A DNA stretch of 64,000 nucleotides from Promethearchaeota archaeon (GTDB lineage: Archaea > Asgardarchaeota > Lokiarchaeia > Sigyniarchaeales > SOKP01): assembly GCA_048937405.1 (NCBI GenBank), contig JBHLNF010000002.1, forward strand, positions 160,001 to 224,000, in the 5' to 3' direction. Positions 9,522 to 20,148 of the stretch are shown one piece after another. The notes beneath the pieces were generated by a model. It was not told where the DNA came from and did no database searches. It was given only the letters and a program-made list of their open reading frames with translations. Position numbers and translations under genes: made by a program. The first letter of the stretch is position 1; each line of letters starts with the position of its first letter.

Positions 9522-12500
9522 TTACTTTTTATCATCAGTATGAATTACAATGTTTCCTCCTTGTAGTATGCCCAAGGGATCAAAACCAGCTCTATGATAT
9601 ATCTGTCCGATCTTGTCATAGACTTTTATCTGGAATACATCGTCTCCTTCATCGTTGTACTCATCCCAAACATCCACTCTCATCCTATAATTTCCCTCAC
9701 TCCAGGCAAGTTCTCCCGTTTTAGAGTTATATTTTTGAACAACGCATTTTGCTTCGAAAAAAGAGTGATTCCCTATAATAGCCATTCCCTCCCAAGCGTT
9801 TGACTTGATGATATACTCCCAATCACCTTCTCTATAGACATAAATCGCCTGACCTTTTGGGAGCCCATTCTTTTTATATTTTACATTGAACCCAAAGTTT
9901 CCTTTCCTTCCAGTTTCATCCCAAATCCATCCTCCACCTGTAACAAAATCACCTGTAGGTTCATAAATAGTGAGGGCAACCAAGTCCGAAGAATCTCCCT
10001 GATAGTAATCATTTAAACCAGGACTAAAGACGACTTTTATAAGATAACAGTTTTCTGGTAAATTAGGGACTTCAATTTCAAATACTCCTACTCCGTCAAC
10101 AAACGTAAATTCAACCATAAAGGGTCCATAAGATTCCTTTGGAACAAGTGAATCTGGCATAGGGCAATCGTAAATATAAAATGTAACATAAATTTTGTTG
10201 AGATCACCCCAGTAAAGATCAGCATCATCATAAACGGTCACTCTAAGTGTAATTGTATCTACAGTTGTAGGTATGACAGTAGAACCTGTATAGGTTAAAA
10301 CTACGAATTCTTTCTCTATGGTAAATCCAGCTGAATCAGAATCAGCTAGATACATACCATCCCCTTCAAACACCGCAGTAACAGTATAGAAATCGCCTGC
10401 TGGTTGGAGTAGTATGAGTTCAATGCTAGCAACACCAGAAGAATCTGTAACAACAGACACTGTTTGAGAACCTATGGTAAATATTATTGTTTTACCAGAG
10501 ATTGGGTCTCCTGTGACTACATCGAAGAGTTTAGCTTGAAGCTGGACAGGATCAGAGTAGAACCCACTAGTATCTCCTATATAGGTAAGGTCGCAGGTAT
10601 TTACAATCACATCCAATGATTTCATTCCTTCTGCATTACCAGCTTTATCGATACTATAATATTCAATCGTATGAAATCCTGCATCGGGTATTGTGAATGT
10701 GGTCATATCACCGTAGTGAGTAACCCAAGCACCATCATCTATGCGATATTTTATTGCAGCAACACCAAAACCATCACCATCCTGTGCTGTTATAACCAAT
10801 TCAGTAATAGCAGATATAAGATATGGTTCTTCTGTTCCTTGAAAAGGTGGGAGAATAGTAAGTGTAGATATTGGATCTGTTATATCCTTAACTGTAACCA
10901 TTAAGCTATCGATTCCTACCCCTCCATCATCATCAACTATCTTTAGATACACTGTATAGATACCAGGTACCTGATAAACATGAGTTGGTTTTAATGTATC
11001 TGATTTCACATAACCAGCTCCTTCCCCAAAATTCCAGTAATAGGTGTATTCATCTGCTCCAGGATCGGTGAAACTTCCACTGAAAAAAGTGGTATCTCCC
11101 TCGTTAATTTCCTGATCTGATCCTGCTATGGATGTAGGGGCTACATTGGAAACCGTAATATTTATTGGAGTAAGATAAACTACGTGTAGATCCTCAATAT
11201 TAACTGAACATCCAGGCATGAATGTAACAATATTAGTTCTTGATTGACCAACAATTCTAAACTGCATAGAACCATCGTCCCTATAATAGTCATCTGAACT
11301 ATTCGTCCAAGATACATCCCAAGATTTATCTGCCGCCTTAAGACCGGTTTTTTGCCAAATTAAAATCCAATTTTCTTGATCGTCTTGTACGTATAGCTTC
11401 ACATATCCACCATAATCAAATAAACTATTTGTATAATTTATCCTACATTCAACTCTATATGAATCTGGTGGCATAGTGTTGTCATAATATGGATTTATAA
11501 AACAGAAATTAAGGTTTGCTCTGGTAGTTGATGTATCTAAAATCGCGCATGGGAACCCTGTAATATCGAAATTTCCATTACCCCTATTGTTTCCACCATG
11601 ACTTGACAAAAAAACTTTAAACTCAGGTGTAAATGACTGATAGAAAGCATATTTTCTACCATCATCATCTTCTACTATTATGTTAATAATATAATCATCA
11701 TATGGTGTTCCACTAGGATTATCATCTGAGTATGTATGTGTCTCAGAAATTGAATTGGTACCTGCGGGATAGTTAAATTCCTCTAGTGGTGAACCATCGC
11801 CCCAGTCTATAGTTACTAGAAACGTATCTAATGTACTAGGATCTTTAATTGTCGCAGATAAAGTACACCTGCTTCCCTCATCAATAGACGTAGCACTCAA
11901 TCCATCAAGTATAGGATCGACATTAACTATAATAATACTAGCCAATGCTGTATCTGTGTGTAAAGAATTGGAAACCTCTACCATAACGGTTCCCGAATAA
12001 TCATCAGACCAGGTTCCCGAATAAGCATCAGACCAGATTGGATTATCGCTCCAAGGAGTATCCCATTTTCCATCATTTTCAAAATCCCATCTATATAGAA
12101 GTGGATCTCCATTAAGGTCAAAAGAATCGCTTGCATCTAAAGTTACATGTGATCCTTCATCACCATAATACGGACCACCAGCACTCGGTATAGGCTTATA
12201 ATTTACTTTTACGCGCAAATCCTTAATTTTAACATAACAGGTAGGCATGTCACCTGGAGTACCAGTATGAGATTCACCAACAATTTTAAATTGCATAGAA
12301 CCATCATATCTATAAAACTCATCTGTATTAAAAAACAGTTCTACAGGCCATGTTTTTTCTTCAGAGGGCAACCCCCCAGAACAGTAGATATTTCCCCTAC
12401 CCCATACCCCTTCCCATTCCCCATCATCCCGTTGTATGTATAGTGTTACATTTCCAAGATTGTCATTTCTCGATACCAACGGAGGAAATAATATATTATT

Positions 12501-14555
12501 ACTATAAGTAACAGTACAACTAATTGTATAGGAGTCTGGTGCGCCATAATCTCCAAAATAAGGATTATTAAAACCGAAATTAAGCCTAGCCTGGGTACCT
12601 GAGTAATATGCACCTCCCTGGTGGTATTTCCCTCTTATCGAGAGATTTCCATTACCCATGTTATCAAGCTGAGAATCTAGAACTTCAACTGTGTAGAAAA
12701 CAGGATACTGATTTATATAATCTAAAAATTCCTCGGTTTTACAATACTGACCAACAGTATACACTCCATCTTTAGGAAAGAGGTCATCAGAAGCATAATT
12801 TAAATGAACGCGTAGATTATATATCTCAACTCTTACAGTTGGTTTTCTTGAAACAAGGAGATCTGGAGAATCTATGGACTCACCGACAATTTTAAAATTC
12901 ATAGAACCATCGTCCCTATAGTACTCATCTGAAGTTTCTGTCCATGTTACATTAAACCATGTTTCATCTGTACTACTAAGACCGGTCTTTTCCCATATTG
13001 AAATCCAGTTTTCTTGATCGTCCTGTACATATAGCTTTACATATCCATTCTTATCATTTCCATTATCATAAGTAATAGTGCATTTAACTATATATGAATC
13101 TGGTGGGCCAGAATTTTCATAATAGGGATTAATAAAGCCGAAATTAAGCCTTGCTCTAGTAGTGGAGGTATCACCAAGGGCTGCTAGATACCCTTCAATA
13201 TGGAAATGTCCATTACCCATGTTATCAAGGTTCGTAGATACTATATTTTCAACTTTATACTCGGATGTATAATACTGACCAACAGTATACACTTCTTCTA
13301 TAGGAAATATGTCTTCTTGGGAGTAATCTATTTCTACGCGTAAATCTTCAATCGTAACCTCACATTTAGCGCTACCACCATCAATATCAGTAATAGATTG
13401 GCCGACAAGTTTAAAATTCATAGAACCATCGCCCCTTAAATATTCAAATGAATTATTAGTCCATGATCGATCTTGCCATTGCTTAAAGCCGAGACTAAGA
13501 CCATATTTCTCAAATATAGGAATCCACGCTCCATCATCTCGTAATATATATAGAACCACATTTCCATCAATACCCCAATTAAAAGATGTGATAGAAAATT
13601 TAACTGTATATGTGGGGCGACCATCATCGACATGAAGGGGATTATTCACTCCGAAAGTAAGACTTGCTTTGGGATTAATGTTTTTAATGAAAGGGGGTAT
13701 ATACAATCCTTCAATAATAAAATGCCCATTACCCATATTATCATTACCTTGAGATAATGTATTTACAAGATCTTCGGGGTTATATTTCTGCCCAATTGTA
13801 TACAACTCTTCTATAGGAAGTAAGTTATCAATATCATATTTTAGTTCAACACGTAGATTGGTAATCTTAACTCTAACAGAAGGGTATTGTGGAAGACCCG
13901 GGGAATAGGTTATAGACTCACCGACAATTTTAAAATTCATAGAACCATCGTCCCTATAGTACTCATCTGAAAGCATCCGTTCTACATGCCATTTTTCAGC
14001 TACCCCATCAAGATCATATTGTTCAAATATAGGAAACCATTCTCCATCATCTCGTACAATGGATAGAATTACGGATCCATTAATGTCATTCCAATTATTA
14101 TATGACACATCACATTTAACAGTATAAGAAGCTGGTATGCCAGAGTTTTTATAATAGGGATTATTAAAACCAAAATTAAGCCTTGCTCTGGTAGTGCAGG
14201 TATCAAAAGGAGCCGCCATGGGCCCACTAATATGGAAATGTCCATTACCCATATTATCAAGGCTCTGAGATAATATATCGGCTACTTTATTCTCGGATTT
14301 ATAATATTGACCGACAGCATATACCTCTTTATCAATATAGGTTGGATTAGATAGTGCTAAATTATTTTCTATATTTTCAGCTTTATTTTCATCTACGTCT
14401 TTATCAATGTAGGTTGGATTAGATAATGGTAAATTTTTTTCTTTATGTTTATCAGCATCGTATATAGGGCTTGTCCCTACCATTGTACCAATAAATATTA
14501 AAAGAGAAAAAATTATAATTAATCTTTTTTTTACAGAAGAAATCATTGATTTCAC
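9522..14555 (-). CDS. Large secreted protein with five ~175-aa repeat domains, PKD/Ig-like domains and a C-terminal FVTGGGWI domain
   Basis: N-terminal signal-like segment; repeats of VGQY..DNMGNG..RARLNFGF.NPY..RDDG.W..YRDDGSM.FKIVGES; PKD motifs (YRWDFENDG, IDWGDGS, YYWNFGEG, V.DDDGG). Confidence 0.85.
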   Translation of the reverse strand: MKSMISSVKKRLIIIFSLLIFIGTMVGTSPIYDADKHKEKNLPLSNPTYIDKDVDENKAENIENNLALSNPTYIDKEVYAVGQYYKSENKVADILSQSLDNMGNGHFHISGPMAAPFDTCTTRARLNFGFNNPYYKNSGIPASYTVKCDVSYNNWNDINGSVILSIVRDDGEWFPIFEQYDLDGVAEKWHVERMLSDEYYRDDGSMNFKIVGESITYSPGLPQYPSVRVKITNLRVELKYDIDNLLPIEELYTIGQKYNPEDLVNTLSQGNDNMGNGHFIIEGLYIPPFIKNINPKASLTFGVNNPLHVDDGRPTYTVKFSITSFNWGIDGNVVLYILRDDGAWIPIFEKYGLSLGFKQWQDRSWTNNSFEYLRGDGSMNFKLVGQSITDIDGGSAKCEVTIEDLRVEIDYSQEDIFPIEEVYTVGQYYTSEYKVENIVSTNLDNMGNGHFHIEGYLAALGDTSTTRARLNFGFINPYYENSGPPDSYIVKCTITYDNGNDKNGYVKLYVQDDQENWISIWEKTGLSSTDETWFNVTWTETSDEYYRDDGSMNFKIVGESIDSPDLLVSRKPTVRVEIYNLRVHLNYASDDLFPKDGVYTVGQYCKTEEFLDYINQYPVFYTVEVLDSQLDNMGNGNLSIRGKYHQGGAYYSGTQARLNFGFNNPYFGDYGAPDSYTISCTVTYSNNILFPPLVSRNDNLGNVTLYIQRDDGEWEGVWGRGNIYCSGGLPSEEKTWPVELFFNTDEFYRYDGSMQFKIVGESHTGTPGDMPTCYVKIKDLRVKVNYKPIPSAGGPYYGDEGSHVTLDASDSFDLNGDPLLYRWDFENDGKWDTPWSDNPIWSDAYSGTWSDDYSGTVMVEVSNSLHTDTALASIIIVNVDPILDGLSATSIDEGSRCTLSATIKDPSTLDTFLVTIDWGDGSPLEEFNYPAGTNSISETHTYSDDNPSGTPYDDYIINIIVEDDDGRKYAFYQSFTPEFKVFLSSHGGNNRGNGNFDITGFPCAILDTSTTRANLNFCFINPYYDNTMPPDSYRVECRINYTNSLFDYGGYVKLYVQDDQENWILIWQKTGLKAADKSWDVSWTNSSDDYYRDDGSMQFRIVGQSRTNIVTFMPGCSVNIEDLHVVYLTPINITVSNVAPTSIAGSDQEINEGDTTFFSGSFTDPGADEYTYYWNFGEGAGYVKSDTLKPTHVYQVPGIYTVYLKIVDDDGGVGIDSLMVTVKDITDPISTLTILPPFQGTEEPYLISAITELVITAQDGDGFGVAAIKYRIDDGAWVTHYGDMTTFTIPDAGFHTIEYYSIDKAGNAEGMKSLDVIVNTCDLTYIGDTSGFYSDPVQLQAKLFDVVTGDPISGKTIIFTIGSQTVSVVTDSSGVASIELILLQPAGDFYTVTAVFEGDGMYLADSDSAGFTIEKEFVVLTYTGSTVIPTTVDTITLRVTVYDDADLYWGDLNKIYVTFYIYDCPMPDSLVPKESYGPFMVEFTFVDGVGVFEIEVPNLPENCYLIKVVFSPGLNDYYQGDSSDLVALTIYEPTGDFVTGGGWIWDETGRKGNFGFNVKYKKNGLPKGQAIYVYREGDWEYIIKSNAWEGMAIIGNHSFFEAKCVVQKYNSKTGELAWSEGNYRMRVDVWDEYNDEGDDVFQIKVYDKIGQIYHRAGFDPLGILQGGNIVIHTDDKK

Positions 14556-14770
14556 ATTTTTAATTTTTAATTCGTAATTTCTAATTTAATTTTTAAGTAA
14601 ATGGATTTCAAGTAAAGTTATAAGAAGATATTGATTTTAAATATAACGACAAAATAGTCAAATTTCACTTTTACGATTTATCATGAAATAAGTTAAAATT
14701 GTTTTTGATTAAATAACTAATGACCTAATAATAGATTAGGCAAATACAAAATACTAAGAAGCTGAGAGAT

Positions 14771-15214
14771 TTAGAATTTCCTAACAACTGAAGTGGTTAA
14801 ACCTATTTTGTAATAAGTTCGATGAAAAGCATAGGCAGAGCAGTTGCATAAACTCCTAAGATTTGCTTGAATAAGTCGTGGCTTATTTTTATTGTTTTTA
14901 TCTAACAGATCCGTTACATATATAATAACTGCGATCTGAGATGTAAGAGAAGACCAAAAAAACAATGACTCTAATTTAGATTTTAATATTTGAGCATTGG
15001 TTTTTGCCCGTTTATAATCAAACAAAGGGGCTAACCTTTGTTTTAACTCTTGATATGTTAGGATAGGTTTTCTAAAATTTAGTAAAAATTTTATTTGCTC
15101 TTCATTTAGAATAGTTTTTAAGATTTTAAGTAAAGTTTCATTAGCTTGGAATAAAGGATTACCACTAGCTCTTACTATTATTTTGGCTGCTTTATACCAT
15201 ATCTTTTCTGACAT
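14771..15214 (-). CDS. Hypothetical protein, possibly chimeric or a remnant
   Basis: 147-aa ORF. From memory, the N-terminal ~60 aa resemble the start of lokiarchaeal 4Fe-4S proteins, but no ferredoxin Cys motifs follow. Confidence 0.45.
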   Translation of the reverse strand: MSEKIWYKAAKIIVRASGNPLFQANETLLKILKTILNEEQIKFLLNFRKPILTYQELKQRLAPLFDYKRAKTNAQILKSKLESLFFWSSLTSQIAVIIYVTDLLDKNNKNKPRLIQANLRSLCNCSAYAFHRTYYKIGLTTSVVRKF

Positions 15215-15446
15215 CTTTAAAATAGCTTATTTGAAATTGATAAGCAACTTTCTTTCTTATTATATTATACTACTGGGATAAAACTTATCTATTAAGATTT
15301 GAGATCACTAAGATTCCAAATTGAAAATAGTTTTTAGACATTTGATTTTAATGTAAAATATTTAAAGACTAAAATTATATTTATACTTAACATCAAATAA
15401 AACCCATAGAATCGGGTATAAAGAATAAAATTCTTAGGTATTTGAG

Positions 15447-15974
15447 TTGTCATACACTTCGACATATAAAATAGTAATATTTGGAGATAGTCAAACGGGT
15501 AAAACCACATTAACTCATAGGTTTTTAACGAATTTATTTAAAGAAGACATTACAATGACACTCGGAGTAGATTTTCATCTTAAAACCATTGAATCAGATG
15601 GAGAGATGGTAAAACTTCAAATATGGGATTTTGCAGGGGAAGAACGATTTAGATTTTTATTTCCTTCTTATATAAAAGGTGCCAATGGTGCTGTTTTTAT
15701 GTATGACATTACTAATTATGGATCACTTGCTCATGTAGATGATTGGTTTGAAATCATAGAAAAAGAAATCGACTATGAATTACCTATAATTTTTGTTGGT
15801 GGAAAAACAGATTTAATTCATTTAAAAGAAGTTTCTACAAGAAAGGCAATGGATTTGGCTGGAAGCAAAGGAGCAAATGGATTTATAGAATGTAGTTCAA
15901 AAACTGGTGAAAATATTGCTAAGATTTTTGATTTATTAACAAAATTAATTCTTAGAAATAGAAATTCAATATAG
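15447..15974 (+). CDS. Rab-like small GTPase
   Basis: G1 GDSQTGKT, G2 TLGVDF, G3 WDFAGEERF, G4 GGKTD, G5 ECSSK. Confidence 0.92.
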   Translation: MSYTSTYKIVIFGDSQTGKTTLTHRFLTNLFKEDITMTLGVDFHLKTIESDGEMVKLQIWDFAGEERFRFLFPSYIKGANGAVFMYDITNYGSLAHVDDWFEIIEKEIDYELPIIFVGGKTDLIHLKEVSTRKAMDLAGSKGANGFIECSSKTGENIAKIFDLLTKLILRNRNSI

Positions 15975-16091
15975 CTTTAACTTATTATGCTCTAATAATT
16001 TTTAATTTGCATTATTAAATCAGGAATTACATAGAAAAGGATTTTAGCAGTATTTAATTATATTTTTTACTAAAAGAAATCGTGATTTTAA

Positions 16092-16559
16092 ATTAAAATC
16101 TTTGAAGCTACAAAAAAAAATATCTATGAAATTGTTGAACTATGGAAAGAACTTGCTGATCGTCATTCAAAAATTGATTCCTTTTTTACCAGGAGTAAAA
16201 ATGGTCATGTAAACTTTAAATCATTTATCACATAATTAATTAATTCTGATGAGGCAAAAATATTCATAGCAATAGATAATACAAAAATAATTGGATATAC
16301 AATTGCTAAAATAGATCGATATCCTCCATTGTATTTATTAGAAAAACATGGGGCGATTTATGATATGCTCGTTACATCAAAGTATAGGAAAAGAGGTATT
16401 AGAAAAAAACTATGGCAAAATGCTCTTAACTGGTTCAGATCATTAGATATAGAAAGAGTAGAACTTAGTATTGTACCTTCTAATCCCGAGGCTTCCTCTT
16501 TCTGGAAGAAACAAGGATTTCAAGACTATATGCATAAGCTTTTTATCGAAATTAAATAA
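16092..16559 (+). pseudogene. GNAT acetyltransferase interrupted by an in-frame TAA
   Basis: The frame of ORF 16329-16559 extends upstream (IKIFEATKKNIYEIVELWKEL...SFIT*LINSDEAKIFIA..IIGY) with TAA at 16233-16235. The acetyl-CoA motif reads YRKRGIRKKL. Confidence 0.8.
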
Positions 16560-16682
16560 GAATCAAATTCATATTTTTTAATTACTAGCTTTGTACTCAA
16601 GTTTTTCAAATCTAGAGTTAATAGGAAAAACTTTATGATTTGTTAAAACAATTTTTTAAACCAAACTAATCCAATATTAATT

Positions 16683-17189
16683 ATGAATGTGTCAAAAGAT
16701 CTTAAATGGAATGATATTACTTCACCAACAATGACTCCGGAAGAATTCCTGAATATTTATAAGGAGAAAATTGAAAAAGTCTATGAAATGTATGAACCTA
16801 AAGTAGACACTCTTGATAAAATAAAAGATGTTCTTAAGAATAAAAAAGGAAAACTTCATATAATTGCTCTAGGTGCTGATTGGTGTCCAGATTGTTCGAA
16901 AAATATACCTAGAATAATAAAAATAGTGAATTATGCTAAAACTCAAGATATTGATTTGAAGATTTTATATGGTATTATGGTGAATGCTCTTCATAAACCA
17001 GGAGAAACAATCTGGCATAAAAAATGTTCACCTCCAGAAGCAACAGATCCCAAGTTTAATTTGAAAGCTATACCAACTTTTTATTTCTTTAATGAAGCTG
17101 GTGAATACATTGGTGCTATAGTAGAAAATCCGAGGTTAAACTCAACACTTGAAGAGGATATTTTGGAAATTTTGGAGGGAAAATGGTAA
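16683..17189 (+). CDS. Thioredoxin-fold protein
   Basis: ADWCPDC active site and the cis-Pro loop AIPTF. Confidence 0.85.
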   Translation: MNVSKDLKWNDITSPTMTPEEFLNIYKEKIEKVYEMYEPKVDTLDKIKDVLKNKKGKLHIIALGADWCPDCSKNIPRIIKIVNYAKTQDIDLKILYGIMVNALHKPGETIWHKKCSPPEATDPKFNLKAIPTFYFFNEAGEYIGAIVENPRLNSTLEEDILEILEGKW

Positions 17190-17304
17190 AACTTCTCTAA
17201 AGCATTACTTTCTTTTTCCATATCTTTTTTTGTCATAATATTGTTATTTAAATAACACATCAAAAGCATCAAGATTTAAATTCTAAATAAGTTATAATAA
17301 TTTT

Positions 17305-19353
17305 ATGTCGAATTTAAAAGTTAAAAAAGTAATAATTTTCAAACATGGAGTCTCATATTACATTCTTGAAGGTATTTTAAAAGGATCTGGTAAATTCGAG
17401 CTTGAATTTAAGATTGATGAAATGAATGATATTTTAAAATCACTATTTGTAATGGATACAAGTAAAAAAGGATATATTTCATCAATATCTTATGATGCTG
17501 CATTAGAAACGAGTCAATTACTTAGATCAATTATGTTAAATATCCCTGATAGAGATTCTTTTTCTTCCCTAGTAACACAAATTAAAGGTGCTGATGTAGA
17601 TCTTACTATTGGAGGTGCTAAAAAAATATCAGGAAAGATAATGGGAATTGAATCTGTTGAAAAAATTAGTAAAAGTGAGAAAACTACTGAGAAATATTTA
17701 GTGCTTCTACAAGATAATGATGTGATTTCAGAATATAACTTCTCTGAAATTCGCTCTCTGGACATTAAGAATGAAGAGATAAAAAAGGATTTGAAATTTT
17801 TCCTAGATACTGTAATTGCAGGAAAAAAAAAAGACGCAAAAAAAATCATAATTAATTCTGAATCTGGTGGGGATGATGAAATTGAAAGAAATATCTTTGT
17901 ATCTTATATTCGTGAAAGTCCTATCTGGAAAACATCATATCGGTTAATAATGAGTAAACAACAAGCATTAGAGCAAAAATGTCTCCTTTCTGGTTGGAGT
18001 CTTATAGAAAATACCACAAATCAAGATTGGGAAGATATTGAGTTATCATTGGTTGCGGGAATGCCTGTTTCATTTGTGTATGATTTTTATAGACCGATTT
18101 TTATCCAGAGACCGATAATTCAACCTCCAAAAGTATTAAGTGCCCGTCCTACTGAAATTGAAGAAGGATTAGAAATGGATAAATTTACAGAGTATGCTAT
18201 GGAAAAGGAAGTAGCAATACCCGCTCGAGAAAGAAAAGCTAAAGCAAGAGTAGCTACGACAGGAGCACAAGCTCCTAAGAGAGCTGTATTTAAGAGTGAA
18301 TATAAGCCAACTCTGACGTCTGAAGATGTTTTTATGGATAAACTTACATCACAAACAAAAACTCAAACCAAAGACTTAGGAGAATTATTTGAATATAATA
18401 TTTCAAATCCAGTTACTATTAAAAGAAAACAATCTGCGCTTGTTCCAATTCTTACAGAATCAATTAAGGCAAAAAGAATTTTATTATATAATAAAAATGA
18501 GCATGATAAAAATCCTAATGCTTGTCTAGAAATAACGAATAATACTGATTTAACTCTTGAAAGTGGTCCAGTTACAATTATCTATGACGATAATCTAGCA
18601 GGAGAAGCAATAATTCCTTTCTTAAATAAAGAAGATACGAGGTTATTAAATTTTGCCGTAGAACAAGCAGTGATTATAACACATGAACAAAAATCTGAGA
18701 ATTTAAGTGTTCATAGAGTCACATTTGGTAGTGGTTATTCTTATGAATATTATTTCACGAATATGACTACTGAATATAAAATTAAAAATAAAACTGACGA
18801 AGAAAAGGAACTATACCTAGATCATCCAAAGACTCACGAGTTCAAATTCATAGAAAAACCTGTTGAACCCGAAGAAACGCCTAATTATTGGCGATTCAAA
18901 TTGGCACTAAAACCAAAAGATGCTGTAAGTTTTAAACTGAAAGAACAAAGAGAAAATTACTCCAGTAATTACTTGTGGAATTATAACAAAGATGATCTTC
19001 TAAAACGCGTCGGTTTTTATGTAAAACATAAGTTTATTGATCCAGATTTAGAAATTAAGTTAAAAGAAATCGCAGAATTAATTCAAACTTTAAACGGCTT
19101 AAGATCTAAAGAAGAAAAACTTAGAGAAGAACGAGATTTAATGACTGATGAACAAGTAAGGCTTAGAGAAAATATCGCGGTATTAGGAAAAGATAGTCAA
19201 TCTATTTCGTTAAAGGAAAGATATATACAAAAATTGAATATTCAAGAGAGTAGATTTGAAGAAATAAATAAAGAACTTAAAATTTTAGAAAAGAAAATTA
19301 AAGAACTGAATATAGATATAGAAAATAAAATGAATCTACTTTCAACTCCGTAA
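17305..19353 (+). CDS. DUF4139-domain protein with C-terminal coiled coil
   Basis: V.IFKHGV.Y, MNDILKSL, P.WKTSYRL, NTT.QDW..I.LSLVAG.P and LGELFEY motifs; terminal EQ.RLRENI coiled coil. Confidence 0.8.
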   Translation: MSNLKVKKVIIFKHGVSYYILEGILKGSGKFELEFKIDEMNDILKSLFVMDTSKKGYISSISYDAALETSQLLRSIMLNIPDRDSFSSLVTQIKGADVDLTIGGAKKISGKIMGIESVEKISKSEKTTEKYLVLLQDNDVISEYNFSEIRSLDIKNEEIKKDLKFFLDTVIAGKKKDAKKIIINSESGGDDEIERNIFVSYIRESPIWKTSYRLIMSKQQALEQKCLLSGWSLIENTTNQDWEDIELSLVAGMPVSFVYDFYRPIFIQRPIIQPPKVLSARPTEIEEGLEMDKFTEYAMEKEVAIPARERKAKARVATTGAQAPKRAVFKSEYKPTLTSEDVFMDKLTSQTKTQTKDLGELFEYNISNPVTIKRKQSALVPILTESIKAKRILLYNKNEHDKNPNACLEITNNTDLTLESGPVTIIYDDNLAGEAIIPFLNKEDTRLLNFAVEQAVIITHEQKSENLSVHRVTFGSGYSYEYYFTNMTTEYKIKNKTDEEKELYLDHPKTHEFKFIEKPVEPEETPNYWRFKLALKPKDAVSFKLKEQRENYSSNYLWNYNKDDLLKRVGFYVKHKFIDPDLEIKLKEIAELIQTLNGLRSKEEKLREERDLMTDEQVRLRENIAVLGKDSQSISLKERYIQKLNIQESRFEEINKELKILEKKIKELNIDIENKMNLLSTP

Positions 19354-19417
19354 AATCAAAAATTTTTCTTTTTTTTCTAATTAATTTAATATTTTAGTTA
19401 ATTTACAATCATTAGGG

Positions 19418-20146
19418 ATGGTTATAAAAACAGTAAATATTGGTTTTAGAAGTCTAATATACCGAAGTGGATGGATGTATAATGCAATAACCCGTAGATT
19501 ATATGATCAAGATAAAAAATTCTCTCTTATTGCAAAAATTATAGGTAAAGGGCCAAAAAGAGTTTTAGATTTACCTTGTGGTACAGGTTATTTATTAAGA
19601 TTTTTGGATCCTTCAATAGAATATGAAGGTGCGGATCTTAACTATAGATTTCTAAGAAGAATTAGAAGTAAAGAATTAAATAAAAGAAATATCAGATTAT
19701 CAAAAATAATTTTATATCAAAAGAATATTTTTGATTTTAAAAATTATTTGGGAAAGAAAAAGGATGTAATTGTGCTTTGCGATATTCTACATCATATATA
19801 CCCTAGACATATTGAATTAATCAATATAGCCAAGAGAATTGCTAATAAAATTGTTATATGCGAGCCTTATGTAATTCAACCAAGAGAAATTACTGCTCGT
19901 GATAAATTGCTCAAAATTGTGATATTGTTTGGTAAATATTTACCAAAACCTTTATTCAAGATAAGTGATTATTTATTTTTAGATAACGACGGAATTAACT
20001 CTTATCAAATGAGATTAAGATGGAATTTTAACAAGAAAAGTCTTAAATTTTTTCTAAAAACTATGGGATTTAATAATATATATGAAATATTAGATGAATA
20101 TATTGCTATTTGGGAAACAAAAGATATTATAGAGGTACAAGCATAA
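19418..20146 (+). CDS. Class I SAM-dependent methyltransferase
   Basis: VLDLPCGTG motif I, GADLN, DVIVLCDILHH. Confidence 0.85.
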   Translation: MVIKTVNIGFRSLIYRSGWMYNAITRRLYDQDKKFSLIAKIIGKGPKRVLDLPCGTGYLLRFLDPSIEYEGADLNYRFLRRIRSKELNKRNIRLSKIILYQKNIFDFKNYLGKKKDVIVLCDILHHIYPRHIELINIAKRIANKIVICEPYVIQPREITARDKLLKIVILFGKYLPKPLFKISDYLFLDNDGINSYQMRLRWNFNKKSLKFFLKTMGFNNIYEILDEYIAIWETKDIIEVQA

Positions 20147-20148
20147 GT

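Noticed and set aside
9124-14260. Short ORFs overlapping the helicase and the large surface protein
   Set aside because: Antisense or alternate-frame shadows with no motifs. The same applies to the other short ORFs nested in long genes across the window.
11200-14330. Diversity-generating retroelement template/variable repeats in the surface protein
   Set aside because: Differences between repeats are not confined to adenines, all copies are coding, and there is no reverse transcriptase in the window.
16683-17189. Selenoprotein candidate (thioredoxin fold)
   Set aside because: The active site is plain CPDC with no in-frame TGA, and I recognised no SECIS element.
20110-20148. TTG start at 20110 for the permuted GTPase
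   Set aside because: It overlaps the methyltransferase and adds no GTPase motif; ATG at 20149 is more plausible.
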